DNA of 64,000 bases from Acidimicrobiales bacterium. Lineage in GTDB: Bacteria > Actinomycetota > Acidimicrobiia > Acidimicrobiales > GCA-2861595. The position numbers and the translations under genes are program-made. The notes under the pieces were generated by a model. The model saw only the letters and a list, made by a program, of their open reading frames with translations. It did no database searches and was not told where the DNA came from. The number at the start of each line of letters is the position of its first letter. Position 1 is the stretch's first letter. Below are positions 26,487 to 35,025 of this stretch, one piece after another. The stretch is from the NCBI GenBank assembly GCA_035540975.1, contig DATLFN010000146.1:14010-78009 (forward strand), written 5' to 3'.

Positions 26487-27068
26487 ATGGCGTTCCGGCG
26501 ACACGTGCGATCTGGGCGGTCCGTGGCCGGGCCGGTGGACGTCGGGGATCGCGCCCCGGAGATCGACCTGCCCGACTCCGTCGGCGACCGGTGGCGGTTG
26601 TCCGACCACCGGGGTGCCGCCGTGGTGCTGCTGTTCCACCGCCACCTCGCCTGACTCCCGTGCCAGGAGCACGCCGTCGCCGTGCGCGACCGGCTCGACG
26701 AGCTGGAGGGGGCGACCGTCGCCCTGGTCACGTTCACGCTCCAGCGCAACCTCCGGGGCTACCGTGGGCGCCTGGCCCTGCCGTACGTCGTCCTGGCCGA
26801 CGAACAGCGGGTGGCCTATCGCGCCTACGGGCTCGGCCGGGGGCCGTGGTGGCGCGTCTGGGGCCCGGCGACGTGGCGGGCCTACCTGCGGCTGCTCCGC
26901 CGGGGGCAGCGGGCGCGGCGCCCGGTGGAGGACACGCTGCAGCTCGGCGGCGACTTCGTGGTCGACGCCGAGGGGTGCGTCGCCTACGCCCACCGATCGA
27001 CGGGACCGGCCGACCGGCCGCCCGTCGACGTCCTCGTCGCCACCGTTCGGGCCCTTCGCCGGGATTGA
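26487..27068 (+). CDS. PRX_like2/AhpC-TSA thioredoxin-fold protein with in-frame TGA (26652-26654) at the redox-Cys position (candidate U-x-x-C selenoprotein, or pseudogene)
   Basis: ATG 26487 ...AAVVLLFHRHLA-TGA-LPCQEHAVAVRDRLDELEGATVALVTF...QLGGDFVVDAEGCVAYAH. A single fold spans the TGA. The track only lists the 3' part (26682-27068). Confidence 0.6.
26663..26693 (+). promoter_or_regulatory. Candidate bacterial SECIS-like hairpin downstream of the in-frame UGA
   Basis: Upper stem GCACG (26669-26673) / CGUGC (26681-26685), loop CCGUCGC. Lower stem CC(A)GG (26663-26667) / CCGG (26690-26693). The loop GU is 25-26 nt from the U of UGA. Confidence 0.35.
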
Positions 27069-27122
27069 CGCGCTCCGCCCCCGTCTGTTCCCGAGCAGCG
27101 GTTCCCCGTACACTGACCGGTC

Positions 27123-27803
27123 GTGGCGGACACGCGGGAAACCCTCCAGTCCTCGATCGCGGGCGCGAACGCCCTGTCACGTTGGGCGCGGCGGATCGGC
27201 GCGGCGGCCGTGGCCGGCGTCGTGGGCGTCGCCCTGTACGGCCCGGCGCCGGTGCAGGCGCAGCTCCCCGAGCTGCTCCCGAGCTCGTCGAGCACCGCCC
27301 CGCCGTCGACGGCGTCGCCGGACTCGACACTGCTGCCGCCCCTCGAGCAGCTGGCCCCCCCGTCCACCGCACCCGGGACGGAGACGACGGCGCTGCTCCC
27401 CCTGCCCACCGCCGCCCCCGGCTCGCCCGGGCCGACCCTCCTGCCGGCGCCGAAGACGACCCGCACCACGACCTTCAACACGCTCCCGGTCCCGCCCCGC
27501 ACTCGGAGCCGGGTCACCACCACCACGCTCCAGCGCTCGATCGCCGCGTCGACGCCGCCAGTCGTCGAGGACGTGGAGGGTGGGGACCGGGAGGGCGGCT
27601 TCGAGGGGACCCTGCCGTTCACAGCCGAGGACGAGCAGATCCAGGCGGCCGGGCTGCACACCGAGCTCGGCGGCGGTGAGGGCGGCTCGCAGGACCCCGT
27701 CACGCTGATGGCGTCGATCGCGGCGGGGCTGATCGCCCTGGTGCTCCTCGGCGTCGTCGGCTGGCTCCAGGCCCAGGTCCGGGGACGCCCGCACCTCTGG
27801 TAG
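27123..27803 (+). CDS. Pro/Thr/Ser-rich membrane-anchored hypothetical protein
   Basis: GTG 27123. N-terminal signal/anchor RIGAAAVAGVVGVALYGPAPVQAQ. A P/S/T-rich low-complexity middle. C-terminal TM LMASIAAGLIALVLLGVVGWL plus a basic tail. Confidence 0.55.
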   Translation: MADTRETLQSSIAGANALSRWARRIGAAAVAGVVGVALYGPAPVQAQLPELLPSSSSTAPPSTASPDSTLLPPLEQLAPPSTAPGTETTALLPLPTAAPGSPGPTLLPAPKTTRTTTFNTLPVPPRTRSRVTTTTLQRSIAASTPPVVEDVEGGDREGGFEGTLPFTAEDEQIQAAGLHTELGGGEGGSQDPVTLMASIAAGLIALVLLGVVGWLQAQVRGRPHLW

Positions 27804-27849
27804 CGGGCCGGTTGTAGCCTCGGCCCATCGCGGCACGCTGACGGCGCAC

Positions 27850-27922
27850 GGGCTCGTAGCTCAGTGGTCAGAGCAGGGGACTCATAATCCCTCGGTCGCT
27901 GGTTCGATCCCAGCCGGGCCCA
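27850..27922 (+). tRNA. tRNA-Met (anticodon CAT at 27883-27885), elongator type; CCA not encoded
   Basis: Acceptor GGGCTCG/CGGGCCC (one G-U pair). D-arm tagctcagtggtcagagc. Anticodon stem-loop GGGGA-CTCATAA-TCCCT. T-arm GCTGG-TTCGATC-CCAGC. Discriminator A. Confidence 0.9.
27878..27921 (+). repeat. attL-side direct repeat (3' 44 nt of tRNA-Met)
   Basis: ggactcataatccctcggtcgctggttcgatcccagccgggccc. Confidence 0.85.
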
Positions 27923-28001
27923 CCGGAAAACGCAGGTCAGGGCGCTATCCGGTGTTGCCGCTTCGGCCGAGCTACCCTCGAACCCAACAGCAGCCCAACA
28001 A

Positions 28002-29220
28002 GTGTTGGAGGGTGCGGTGGCCGGGAGCCTGCGGGAGAAGAGCCCGGGAGTGTGGGAGCTTCGGGTCTACCTGGGCCGCGATGCGGCCGGCAAGGTGCGA
28101 CACAAGCACGCCCGCTTCCGCGGCGGGAAACGCCAGGCCGAACGGGAGCTGGCCCGCCTGGTCGCCGAGTTGGACGCCGGCGACGGCGACATTCGTCCCG
28201 GACTGGGGGCCGGAGACGACGATCAACGACGCCGTCGTCGGCTGGCAGCGGAACGGGTGGGACGACCTCAGCCCGAGCACGGTCCGGCGGTACCGCAGCA
28301 TCTGGAAGGTCCACGTCAAGGACGACATCGGCCGCCGCAAGATCCGGGCGCTCGGCCCGTACGACGTGGAGTGCTACCTGCGAAAGCTCAAGCGGGCGGG
28401 CCAGAGCGAGTCGAGCGTCCACCAGATCCGTGCCATCCTCCACCGAGCCTGCCGCCTCGCCCGCAAGTGGAGCGGCAACCGCCTCCCGAACCCGGTGGCC
28501 GACACCGACCTGCCGGAGTGGGCGCTCCCGGAGAAGGCCGAGCATGTGCGGGCGCCGGAGCTCGGCGAGGTCCGGGCCGTGCTCGCCGCCGCTCGTGGCT
28601 ACGACCGGCGCGTGGCCGCCTTCATCCGCGTGGTCGCCGCCTCGGGAGCCCGACGTGGCGAAGTGTGCGCGCTGCGGTGGTCCGACGTCGACTGGGACCG
28701 GTTTTCGGTGCGGATCGACGAGGCCGTCGTCGCCGACGACGGTGGGGTCATTGTGAAGAGCCCTAAGAACCGGTCCAGCGTGCGGGTGGTGGCGCTCGAC
28801 GCGGCCACCCTTGACGAGCTGCGCGAGCTCAGGGACGAACGCGGCGTGGTGGCCGAGGCGTGCGGAGTGGAGGTGGTGGCCGAGGGCTTCGTCTTCTCCA
28901 CTGAGCCCTCGGGCGAGGCCCCTCCCAACCCCGACAGCTTCACCCATGCGTTCACCCGTTGCCGCGACCTGGCCGGCGTCGCCTCGGACGTTCACCTCCA
29001 CTCGCTCCGTCACTTCCAGTCGACCAGGCTCGACACGGTCATCTCCGAGGCCCAGAAGCAGGCGCGGATGGGTTGGGCCAGCGTGCACATGTCCCGCCAC
29101 TACACCGATGCCATCACCGAGGAGGACCGCCGAGCCGCCGAGCACATCGGCGAGGCGCTGGGTGAGTCAGCGGACGGTGGTGAACCGCTCCGGCGCTCGG
29201 CGGTCCGCTTCCGGCCGTAG
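28002..29220 (+). pseudogene. Tyrosine recombinase/phage integrase, frameshifted near 28175-28200
   Basis: The N-terminal arm-type domain reads in the frame of 28002 (AGSLREKSPGVWELRVYLGRDAAGKVRHKHARFRGGKRQAERELARLVAELDAGDGD). The remainder reads in the frame of 27952 (FVPDWGPETTINDAVVGWQ...ASGARRGEVCALRWSDVD...HLHSLRHFQST...MGWASVHMSRHY: R, HxxR and Y catalytic blocks). Confidence 0.8.
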
Positions 29221-29443
29221 CGGGCTCCGGGTTGTCGTCTGCTCCACCATGGAGGTCACCGGCGATGAGCCGCTCGAGCGAGCGCCGAGCGATCCGGTAG
29301 CGGCCGTTGATGGTGAACACGGGCACGGGGACGTCATCCCGCTCGATGGCCCGGTAGAGCGCCGAGCGGCTCTGGCCGAGGATGTCAGCCGCCTCCTCGA
29401 CGCTCACGAGCGGTGCGTTGTGCTTGTCCCTGGAGATCGGCAT
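29114..29443 (-). CDS. Excisionase-like MerR/HTH_17 DNA-binding protein
   Basis: AAGGA lies upstream of ATG 29443. LVSVEEAADILGQSRSALYRAIERDDVPVPVFTINGRYRI is typical Xis/AlpA-type HTH. The unstructured tail overlaps the 3' end of int (convergent). Confidence 0.7.
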   Translation of the reverse strand: MPISRDKHNAPLVSVEEAADILGQSRSALYRAIERDDVPVPVFTINGRYRIARRSLERLIAGDLHGGADDNPEPATAGSGPPSAGAVHHRPLTHPAPRRCARRLGGPPR

Positions 29444-29689
29444 GTTCCATCCTTCGTGTTGTCTCGTGCGTCCGGACACGGCGGCTTGGCGTGGTGGCGC
29501 TGTCGTCCGTCGGTGTCCCGGTATCCACGTGCTGGATGCCAGTCGAAAGCGCGACGGGCGTCGTTGACACGCGCGAGCGCTCAGCGCCGTTGTCGCTTTG
29601 CGATAACGGCAAGTCTGTGTCGGGTCGGTTGTTGACGCGGGGTGGTTCGTCGACGACGCGGGGGATCTCTGTTCGTACGGTGGTGGATC

Positions 29690-29915
29690 ATGACCAGATG
29701 GACGATCGAGATCGACGAGCAGGTGGCTGAACGGGTCGTGCAAGCCGCGGCCGAGCAGGGTGTCGCGCCCGAGCGATCTCACCGGCGAGGTGCTCGCCCG
29801 GCAGTTCCGGGCCCGCCGCCGGCGGCTCACCTTTGCCGGCGTGGACGCCTCCGGTTCCCGCCGCGGAGCTGCCCATGCCGATGGGATGCTGACTGAAGGA
29901 TTCGGGCGCGGCTGA
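29690..29915 (+). pseudogene. RHH antitoxin (VapB-like) remnant, frameshifted near 29770
   Basis: MTRWTIEIDEQVAERVVQAAAEQGVAPE in one frame. It continues as DLTGEVLARQFRARRRRLTFAGVDASGSRRGAAHADGMLTEGFGRG* in the +1 frame. The stop TGA is followed by G, then TTG of the PIN remnant. Confidence 0.5.
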
Positions 29916-29916
29916 G

Positions 29917-30090
29917 TTGCTCGTCGTCGACACCGGCCTGCTTGTGGCCGCGCCGATCGGGACCAAACACGACACGAGCTGCTTCTCGGCCTCGTTGCCA
30001 TCGCCGGACGGCTGGACGCCAGTCCGCCTCCGACGATCCCAGCCTGACTTGCGACCACACACTTCGATGCCTTCGACCTGCTCCCGTGTC
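29917..30090 (+). pseudogene. PIN-domain toxin (VapC-like) remnant, internally deleted/frameshifted
   Basis: N-terminus LLVVDTGLLVAA (PIN Asp box). A C-terminal-like HFDAFDLLP lies in another frame about 150 nt later. The middle of the domain is missing. Confidence 0.45.
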
Positions 30091-30893
30091 GACGACGGTT
30101 GCGGCGACATCAGCAAGTCCGGCGCTGAGCGGCACAGCAGCTTGCGGCGTGTGGCCGAATTCGGCTCGACGCGTTCCAGTTTGCCAATCAGCGCCGGGCA
30201 GTGAGCGGTTCGGGCCTCGGCACGGTCCTCAGAGCACCACCAGTACCGACCGGTAGCTCTCGGCACGCTGGGCGGCGAGCAGGGGCGATCTCGGATGGTC
30301 GACGGCCAGGTCGGAGCGCTGAGTGTTACCGGGCGGTCGCACCGCAGGAGCTCGCATGAGTATGGGTCGCAAGAAATGCCGGAAAGCCGACGAGCGGGCC
30401 AGGCGGAAGAGAGCGGCCTGCCGAGAGGGGTTTCGTCCGCAGGGGTTCCCGGGGCAGCCGACGCCGGCTGCCCCTTCGACGCGGGATAACGCTCGTCGTG
30501 AGCGCGCTGACTTATCTCCACCGTACGAAGTCCGGACTATTTCGAGCTCATCGCCGTGAAGGGGTAGTATGCTGGATTAGCCAGGTTGACGTGTGAGCGT
30601 CGGCACGAACCGCACACCTTGGTCGGTGAGCTACCCCGGACCCGGTGGCGCAAGTCTCGAAATGGAAGAGGAGCGCCATTCATGCCCAGGTGGTTCGTAG
30701 CCGTTCGGCCCCCATGCAGAGTGATCCGGTGGTCTCCCGCAGCGAATGAGAGAGCGGGAGCACGGCTGCGTCATTCCCATGTCACCGACAGCGCAGCGCT
30801 CGGAGGCGGTGAGATCGTTCCCATCCGTATGCTCGCCGGGGCCGGCGCCCCGGTCGCTCTCAGGTTCACCGCGATCCTCCTTCGGGAGGCAGC

Positions 30894-32066
30894 GTGAGTG
30901 CACCACGGGTGGCCCTGGCCCATGACTTCCTCACCCAGCGCGGGGGAGCCGAGCGGGTGTTCCTGGCCATGGCCCGTGCCTTCCCGGAGAGCCCCATCCT
31001 GACCACGCTGTACGAGCCGTCGGCCACCTACCCCGAGTTCGCCGACCACGAGGTGCGCACCAGCCCGCTCCAGCGGGTGCGCCCCCTCCGGCGCCACTTC
31101 CGGGCCGGCCTGCCGCTGTACCCGTGGGCGGTGCGCCGGCTGGGCCCTGTGGACGCCGACGTGTTGGTGTCGTCGAGCACCTCGTTCGCCCACGGGATGC
31201 GCTCCCAGGGCTGTCACATCGGGTACCTCTACAGCCCACCCCACTGGCTGTGGGACACGGCCCGCTACGTCGGCGCGTCCAGATCGGCCGTCCTCGCCAA
31301 GCGTCTGCTCGGGCGCATGCGGACACTCGACCTGGCGGCGGCCGCCACCCCGCACCTGTTCGTCACCTGTTCGGCCAACGCCGCGGGCAAGATCTACGAC
31401 ACCTACGGCCGCTGGGCCGAGGTGCTGCCCCCGCCGGTTCGCCGGCGGCCGGCGGTGGCCGAACAGGGCGACTTCTTCCTCGTCGTGTCCCGGCTGCTCC
31501 CTTCCAAGGGCATCGACGCGGCTATCGGGGCCGCCGGGCTGCTCGGGGCCCGGCTGGTGGTCGTCGGCCGGGGGCCCGACAGTGGGCGGCTGCACGCGCT
31601 GGCCGGGTCGGGCGTCGAGTTCCGGGAGCGGGTCGTCGACGCCGAGCTCGACGACCTGTACGCCCGTTGCGTAGCCCTGGTCATGCCGGGCGACGAGGAC
31701 CTTGGCCTGGTGCCCATCGAGGCCAACTCGGCCGGCCGGCCGGCCGTCTGCCTGGCCCGCGGCGGCGCCCTCGAGACCGTGGTCCCGGGCGAGACGGGCC
31801 TGTTGGTGGACACCGCCGACGCCGGCACCCTGGCCGAGGCCCTGGCCGCTGCCGCCGGGCGGGCGTGGGACGCCGACGCCCTGCAGCGCCACGCCGACGG
31901 CTGGTCCGAGGAGGCCTTCGCTCGGAAGCTCCGCCTGCTCGTGGAGCACTTTCCGGGCTGGTGCCGCCGCTGCGGCGGCGAGGGGCTCGGGCCCTACCCC
32001 ATGCAGGCCGTCCTCGACCGCTATGGCGACGCGGCCGGCGCCCAAGAGACGGCGGAGGCACATTGA
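30894..32066 (+). CDS. Glycosyltransferase family 4 (GT-B)
   Basis: GTG 30894. RVALAHDFLTQRGGAERV...FFLVVSRLLPSKGID...EDLGLVPIEANSAGRPAV...GGALETVVPGETG (E-x7-E type block). Confidence 0.85.
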   Translation: MSAPRVALAHDFLTQRGGAERVFLAMARAFPESPILTTLYEPSATYPEFADHEVRTSPLQRVRPLRRHFRAGLPLYPWAVRRLGPVDADVLVSSSTSFAHGMRSQGCHIGYLYSPPHWLWDTARYVGASRSAVLAKRLLGRMRTLDLAAAATPHLFVTCSANAAGKIYDTYGRWAEVLPPPVRRRPAVAEQGDFFLVVSRLLPSKGIDAAIGAAGLLGARLVVVGRGPDSGRLHALAGSGVEFRERVVDAELDDLYARCVALVMPGDEDLGLVPIEANSAGRPAVCLARGGALETVVPGETGLLVDTADAGTLAEALAAAAGRAWDADALQRHADGWSEEAFARKLRLLVEHFPGWCRRCGGEGLGPYPMQAVLDRYGDAAGAQETAEAH

Positions 32067-33385
32067 TGCGGCCGGCGCTCTTCGTGGCGGCCGGCGTCCT
32101 CGGCGGCGTCATCAGCGCGCTGGCCAGCGTCGAGTTGGGGCCGATCGCCGTTGTTGCCGGTGCCGCCTTGGTGGCGGTGGTAGCCGCCACGAGGGACCGC
32201 CCGGCCGCCACCGCCCTGCTCCTGCCGCTGTGCCTACTGCCGTACGCGCTCAACGCCGGGGGCCTGCTGGTGAGCCTGAGCGACGGGCTACTCCTCGTGG
32301 TCGGCGCCGTCCTCCTGGTGGACTGGGCCGTCGGCCGCCAGCCCGGCCCGCTACTGGGGCCTTTGGCGGTTCCGGCCGTGGGGTTCGTGGTGTGGACGGC
32401 GGCGTCGGCGGCGTGGGCCGCCGATCCCGGGCGGGTCCTGGTGGAGACTTCCCAGCGGGCCGCCCTGGTGCTGCTGGGCGTCGCCGTCGTCCATGCGATG
32501 CCGGCCGACGGCCGGGCGGTGCGCCGGGCCGTGGTGGGACTCGTCGCCGGGTCCGCTGCGCTCGGAGCGGCCACCACTATCACCGGCGCCATCCAGGGGC
32601 GGTGGTTCGCCGTCTACGCGCTCGGGATGCACAAGAACTGGATCGGCTTCGTCCTGTCGTTCGGGCTCGTCGCCGTGGTTGCCATGGCACTGACGGACCA
32701 CCGCCGCCCACGGGGCCTGATGGCCGCCGCCGCCGTGTCGATCGCCTCCGGCCTGGTGCTCTCCGGGTCGCGCGGCGCGTGGGTCGGGACCCTCGCCGCT
32801 CTGGCACTGCTCGCCGCATTGAACCGTCCCTCGCTGGCGTGGCCGGCCGGTTCGGTGGCGGCCGTGGCCGTGGCCCTGGTGCTGGTCGCCGTGCCCGGCA
32901 ACGTGTTCTCGGGCGTCCACGAACCCGACCCCGACACCAGCGCCGGCACCCGGGTGCTCACCTGGTCGAGCGGACTGGCCACAATCCGCCGCCAGCCGGC
33001 GCTCGGAGTGGGCGCCGGCAATTTCCTGGCCGTCGTGAAGGGCCGGGGGAGCCAGGGCGACCCCAACAACCTGCTCCTCCTCACCTGGGCCGAGACGGGC
33101 GTGTTCGGCGTCGTACTGCTGGGCGGCATAGTGGTGGGCACCTTGAGGCTGGCGACACGGAACTCGGGCCGGTGGGCCGCGGGTGGGCAGGCCCATCTCG
33201 CCAGCCTGGCCGGAGCGGGCATCTTCGTGGCCGCGCTCGCCCATGCCCAGTTCGACATCTTCTGGACCCGGGGGGTCGCGCTGGCCACGTTCATGGGCGC
33301 TGGCCTGGTGCTGTGGGCCCATCGCCACGGTGACGCCACCTCTTCCCCCCGTCCACCCCGACTCACGATGACGAGCGCCCCATGA
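32066..33385 (+). CDS. O-antigen ligase/polymerase-like (Wzy_C) polytopic membrane protein
   Basis: ATGA overlap with the upstream stop. At least 10 hydrophobic segments. A periplasmic-loop block SGSRGAWVG...GVGAGNF is typical of the Wzy/WaaL family. Confidence 0.8.
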   Translation: MRPALFVAAGVLGGVISALASVELGPIAVVAGAALVAVVAATRDRPAATALLLPLCLLPYALNAGGLLVSLSDGLLLVVGAVLLVDWAVGRQPGPLLGPLAVPAVGFVVWTAASAAWAADPGRVLVETSQRAALVLLGVAVVHAMPADGRAVRRAVVGLVAGSAALGAATTITGAIQGRWFAVYALGMHKNWIGFVLSFGLVAVVAMALTDHRRPRGLMAAAAVSIASGLVLSGSRGAWVGTLAALALLAALNRPSLAWPAGSVAAVAVALVLVAVPGNVFSGVHEPDPDTSAGTRVLTWSSGLATIRRQPALGVGAGNFLAVVKGRGSQGDPNNLLLLTWAETGVFGVVLLGGIVVGTLRLATRNSGRWAAGGQAHLASLAGAGIFVAALAHAQFDIFWTRGVALATFMGAGLVLWAHRHGDATSSPRPPRLTMTSAP

Positions 33386-35025
33386 TCACGTCTGCCGCCA
33401 CCCAGCCGTCCTCGCTGGCCCAGTACCTGCGCTTCCTCTGGCGCCGCAAGCTTGCCCTGCTCGTACCCGTCGCCGTCGCCGTGAGCGTGGCCAGCGCCGT
33501 CACCCAGCGCCAGACGCCCGTGTACCAGTCGTCCACCGACCTGCTGTTCTCGGCCAGAACGACCGGCGGGGAGGACGCCGCCAGCGGGGTCGGCGTGCGC
33601 ACCGAGGCGCGTATCGCCACCAGCCCGGCCGTGCTGGCCGAGGCGGCCCGGGCCGTGGGTGGCGGCGCCACCGGCCCGTCCCTGGCCGGTGCGGTGCGCG
33701 CTGGCCAGGTGGAGGACCTGGGCGTGCTGCGCATCACCGCCAGGGACGGGTCCCCCGGCCGGGCCCGGCGCCTGGCCGCCGCCGTTGCCACCGCCTATCT
33801 TGACATCGGCCGCCAGCGGGCCGAGGAGGACGTGTCCCGCCAGACGGCGGCCGTCACCGCCCGCCTCGGCGAGTTGACCGGCGACCTCGACCGCCTGGTG
33901 GGGGAGCTGGCCGCCGCCGAGGCGGCCGGTCAGGACGCCGAGGCCGAGGCACTGCGGTCGCGGCGGGACCTGGTCATCGGCGACCAGGCCGTGCAGAAGG
34001 CCCGCCTGCACGAGCTGCGCCTCACCGCGGCCAGCCCCGCCTGGGAGACCTCGATCCTCGTCCCCGCCGGTGTGCCCGGCTCGCCGGTGTCACCGCGCCC
34101 GGCGCGCGCCGCGGCGATCGCCGGCCTGGTGGGCCTGCTCGCCGGCTTCGGCCTGGCCCTGGCCCGGGAGCACCTCGTCGCCCACGTCCGCACGGCAGGC
34201 GAGGTGGAGGGCGCCCTGCGCTCCCCGGTCCTTGCTGTCGTGCCGCGATTGGGCGGCCGCAGGGCCCGCCGCGACCCGTTGGCGGTGCTCGACCGGCCCG
34301 ACTCCCAGGTGGCCGAGGCGTACCGGATCGTGCGATCCAACCTGGCGGTCGCCGGGGTGGGCGAGGACCAGCGGGTGCTGCTGGTGACCAGCGCCCTGGC
34401 CGGCGAGGGGAAGTCGACGGTCGCCGTCAACCTGGCCATCGCCTTCGCCGAGAGCGGTGTCGACACCATGCTCGTCGACGCCGACCTGCGCCGCCCCCGC
34501 CTGCACCGGATGCTGGGCCTGCCCAACGAGCGGGGCCTGACCACCGTGCTCGACCAGCGCCTCCACCCCGCTGAGGTCGCCGGGGTGGTGGACACCGCCC
34601 ATCTGAGCGGCTCCCTGGGCTGCCTCACGGCCGGGCCCTCCCAAGCTCAGCCGACCAGCACGCTGTCCGGGCCGGCGATGGAGGCTGCCCTGGGGTCGCT
34701 GCGCCAGAGCCACCTGGTGATCGTCGACAGCCCTCCCGTCCTGCCCCTTGCCGATGCAGGAGTGTTGAGCACCCGAGCCGATGCGATCGTCGTCGTGGTG
34801 CGCCCCGAGATGGTGAGCACCGGCCTGCTCGACGAGCTGCGGGCCCGCCTGGCCCAGGCCGGCGCCACCGTGGTGGGCGTGGTCGTCAACGCCGCCGACC
34901 CCGGCACCTTCGAGGCCTCCGGCACCTATGGCTACGGCTACGGCTACGGCGAGGCGCGTGGGCGCCATTCCGTACGTGAGGATGAGCGCTCCCGGTTCTT
35001 CCGCACGACCAGGAACGCCGGCTGA
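33382..35025 (+). CDS. Polysaccharide co-polymerase (Wzz) fused to BY-kinase (tyrosine autokinase)
   Basis: N-terminal TM plus coiled-coil plus second TM. Walker A SALAGEGKSTVAVNLA. A' MLVDADLRRP. Walker B LVIVDSPPVL. C-terminal Tyr cluster GTYGYGYGYG. Confidence 0.85.
   Translation: MITSAATQPSSLAQYLRFLWRRKLALLVPVAVAVSVASAVTQRQTPVYQSSTDLLFSARTTGGEDAASGVGVRTEARIATSPAVLAEAARAVGGGATGPSLAGAVRAGQVEDLGVLRITARDGSPGRARRLAAAVATAYLDIGRQRAEEDVSRQTAAVTARLGELTGDLDRLVGELAAAEAAGQDAEAEALRSRRDLVIGDQAVQKARLHELRLTAASPAWETSILVPAGVPGSPVSPRPARAAAIAGLVGLLAGFGLALAREHLVAHVRTAGEVEGALRSPVLAVVPRLGGRRARRDPLAVLDRPDSQVAEAYRIVRSNLAVAGVGEDQRVLLVTSALAGEGKSTVAVNLAIAFAESGVDTMLVDADLRRPRLHRMLGLPNERGLTTVLDQRLHPAEVAGVVDTAHLSGSLGCLTAGPSQAQPTSTLSGPAMEAALGSLRQSHLVIVDSPPVLPLADAGVLSTRADAIVVVVRPEMVSTGLLDELRARLAQAGATVVGVVVNAADPGTFEASGTYGYGYGYGEARGRHSVREDERSRFFRTTRNAG

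Noticed and set aside
26682-27068. Treating the 128-aa ORF as a complete stand-alone gene, with the TGA at 26652 as an ordinary stop of a 55-aa upstream ORF
   Set aside because: This would split one thioredoxin fold exactly at its active-site motif. Both pieces stay in the same frame and the second lacks an SD. Read-through (Sec) or a very recent nonsense mutation fits better. It is kept open as the pseudogene alternative.
25456-27708. 750-aa and 610-aa plus-strand ORFs spanning the methyltransferase / peroxiredoxin-like / Pro-rich genes
   Set aside because: They cross three independently supported genes on both strands. Their translations are featureless and Arg/Pro-rich.
27123-27803. LPFTA in the Pro-rich protein as a sortase (LPxTG/LAxTG-like) sorting signal
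   Set aside because: The motif lies ~37 aa before the C-terminal TM helix rather than immediately upstream. It is not a canonical cell-wall sorting signal.
27850-27922. Initiator tRNA-fMet or tRNA-Ile2 (lysidine) identity for the CAT tRNA
   Set aside because: The 1:72 pair is G-C, and the anticodon stem lacks the three consecutive G-C pairs next to the loop, so it is not an initiator. Ile2 cannot be excluded from sequence alone, so it is called Met.
27952-28190. ATG 27952 as the integrase start (422-aa ORF as given)
   Set aside because: The first ~80 aa in that frame are nonsense-like, while the +2 frame carries the conserved integrase N-terminus. A frameshift was called instead.
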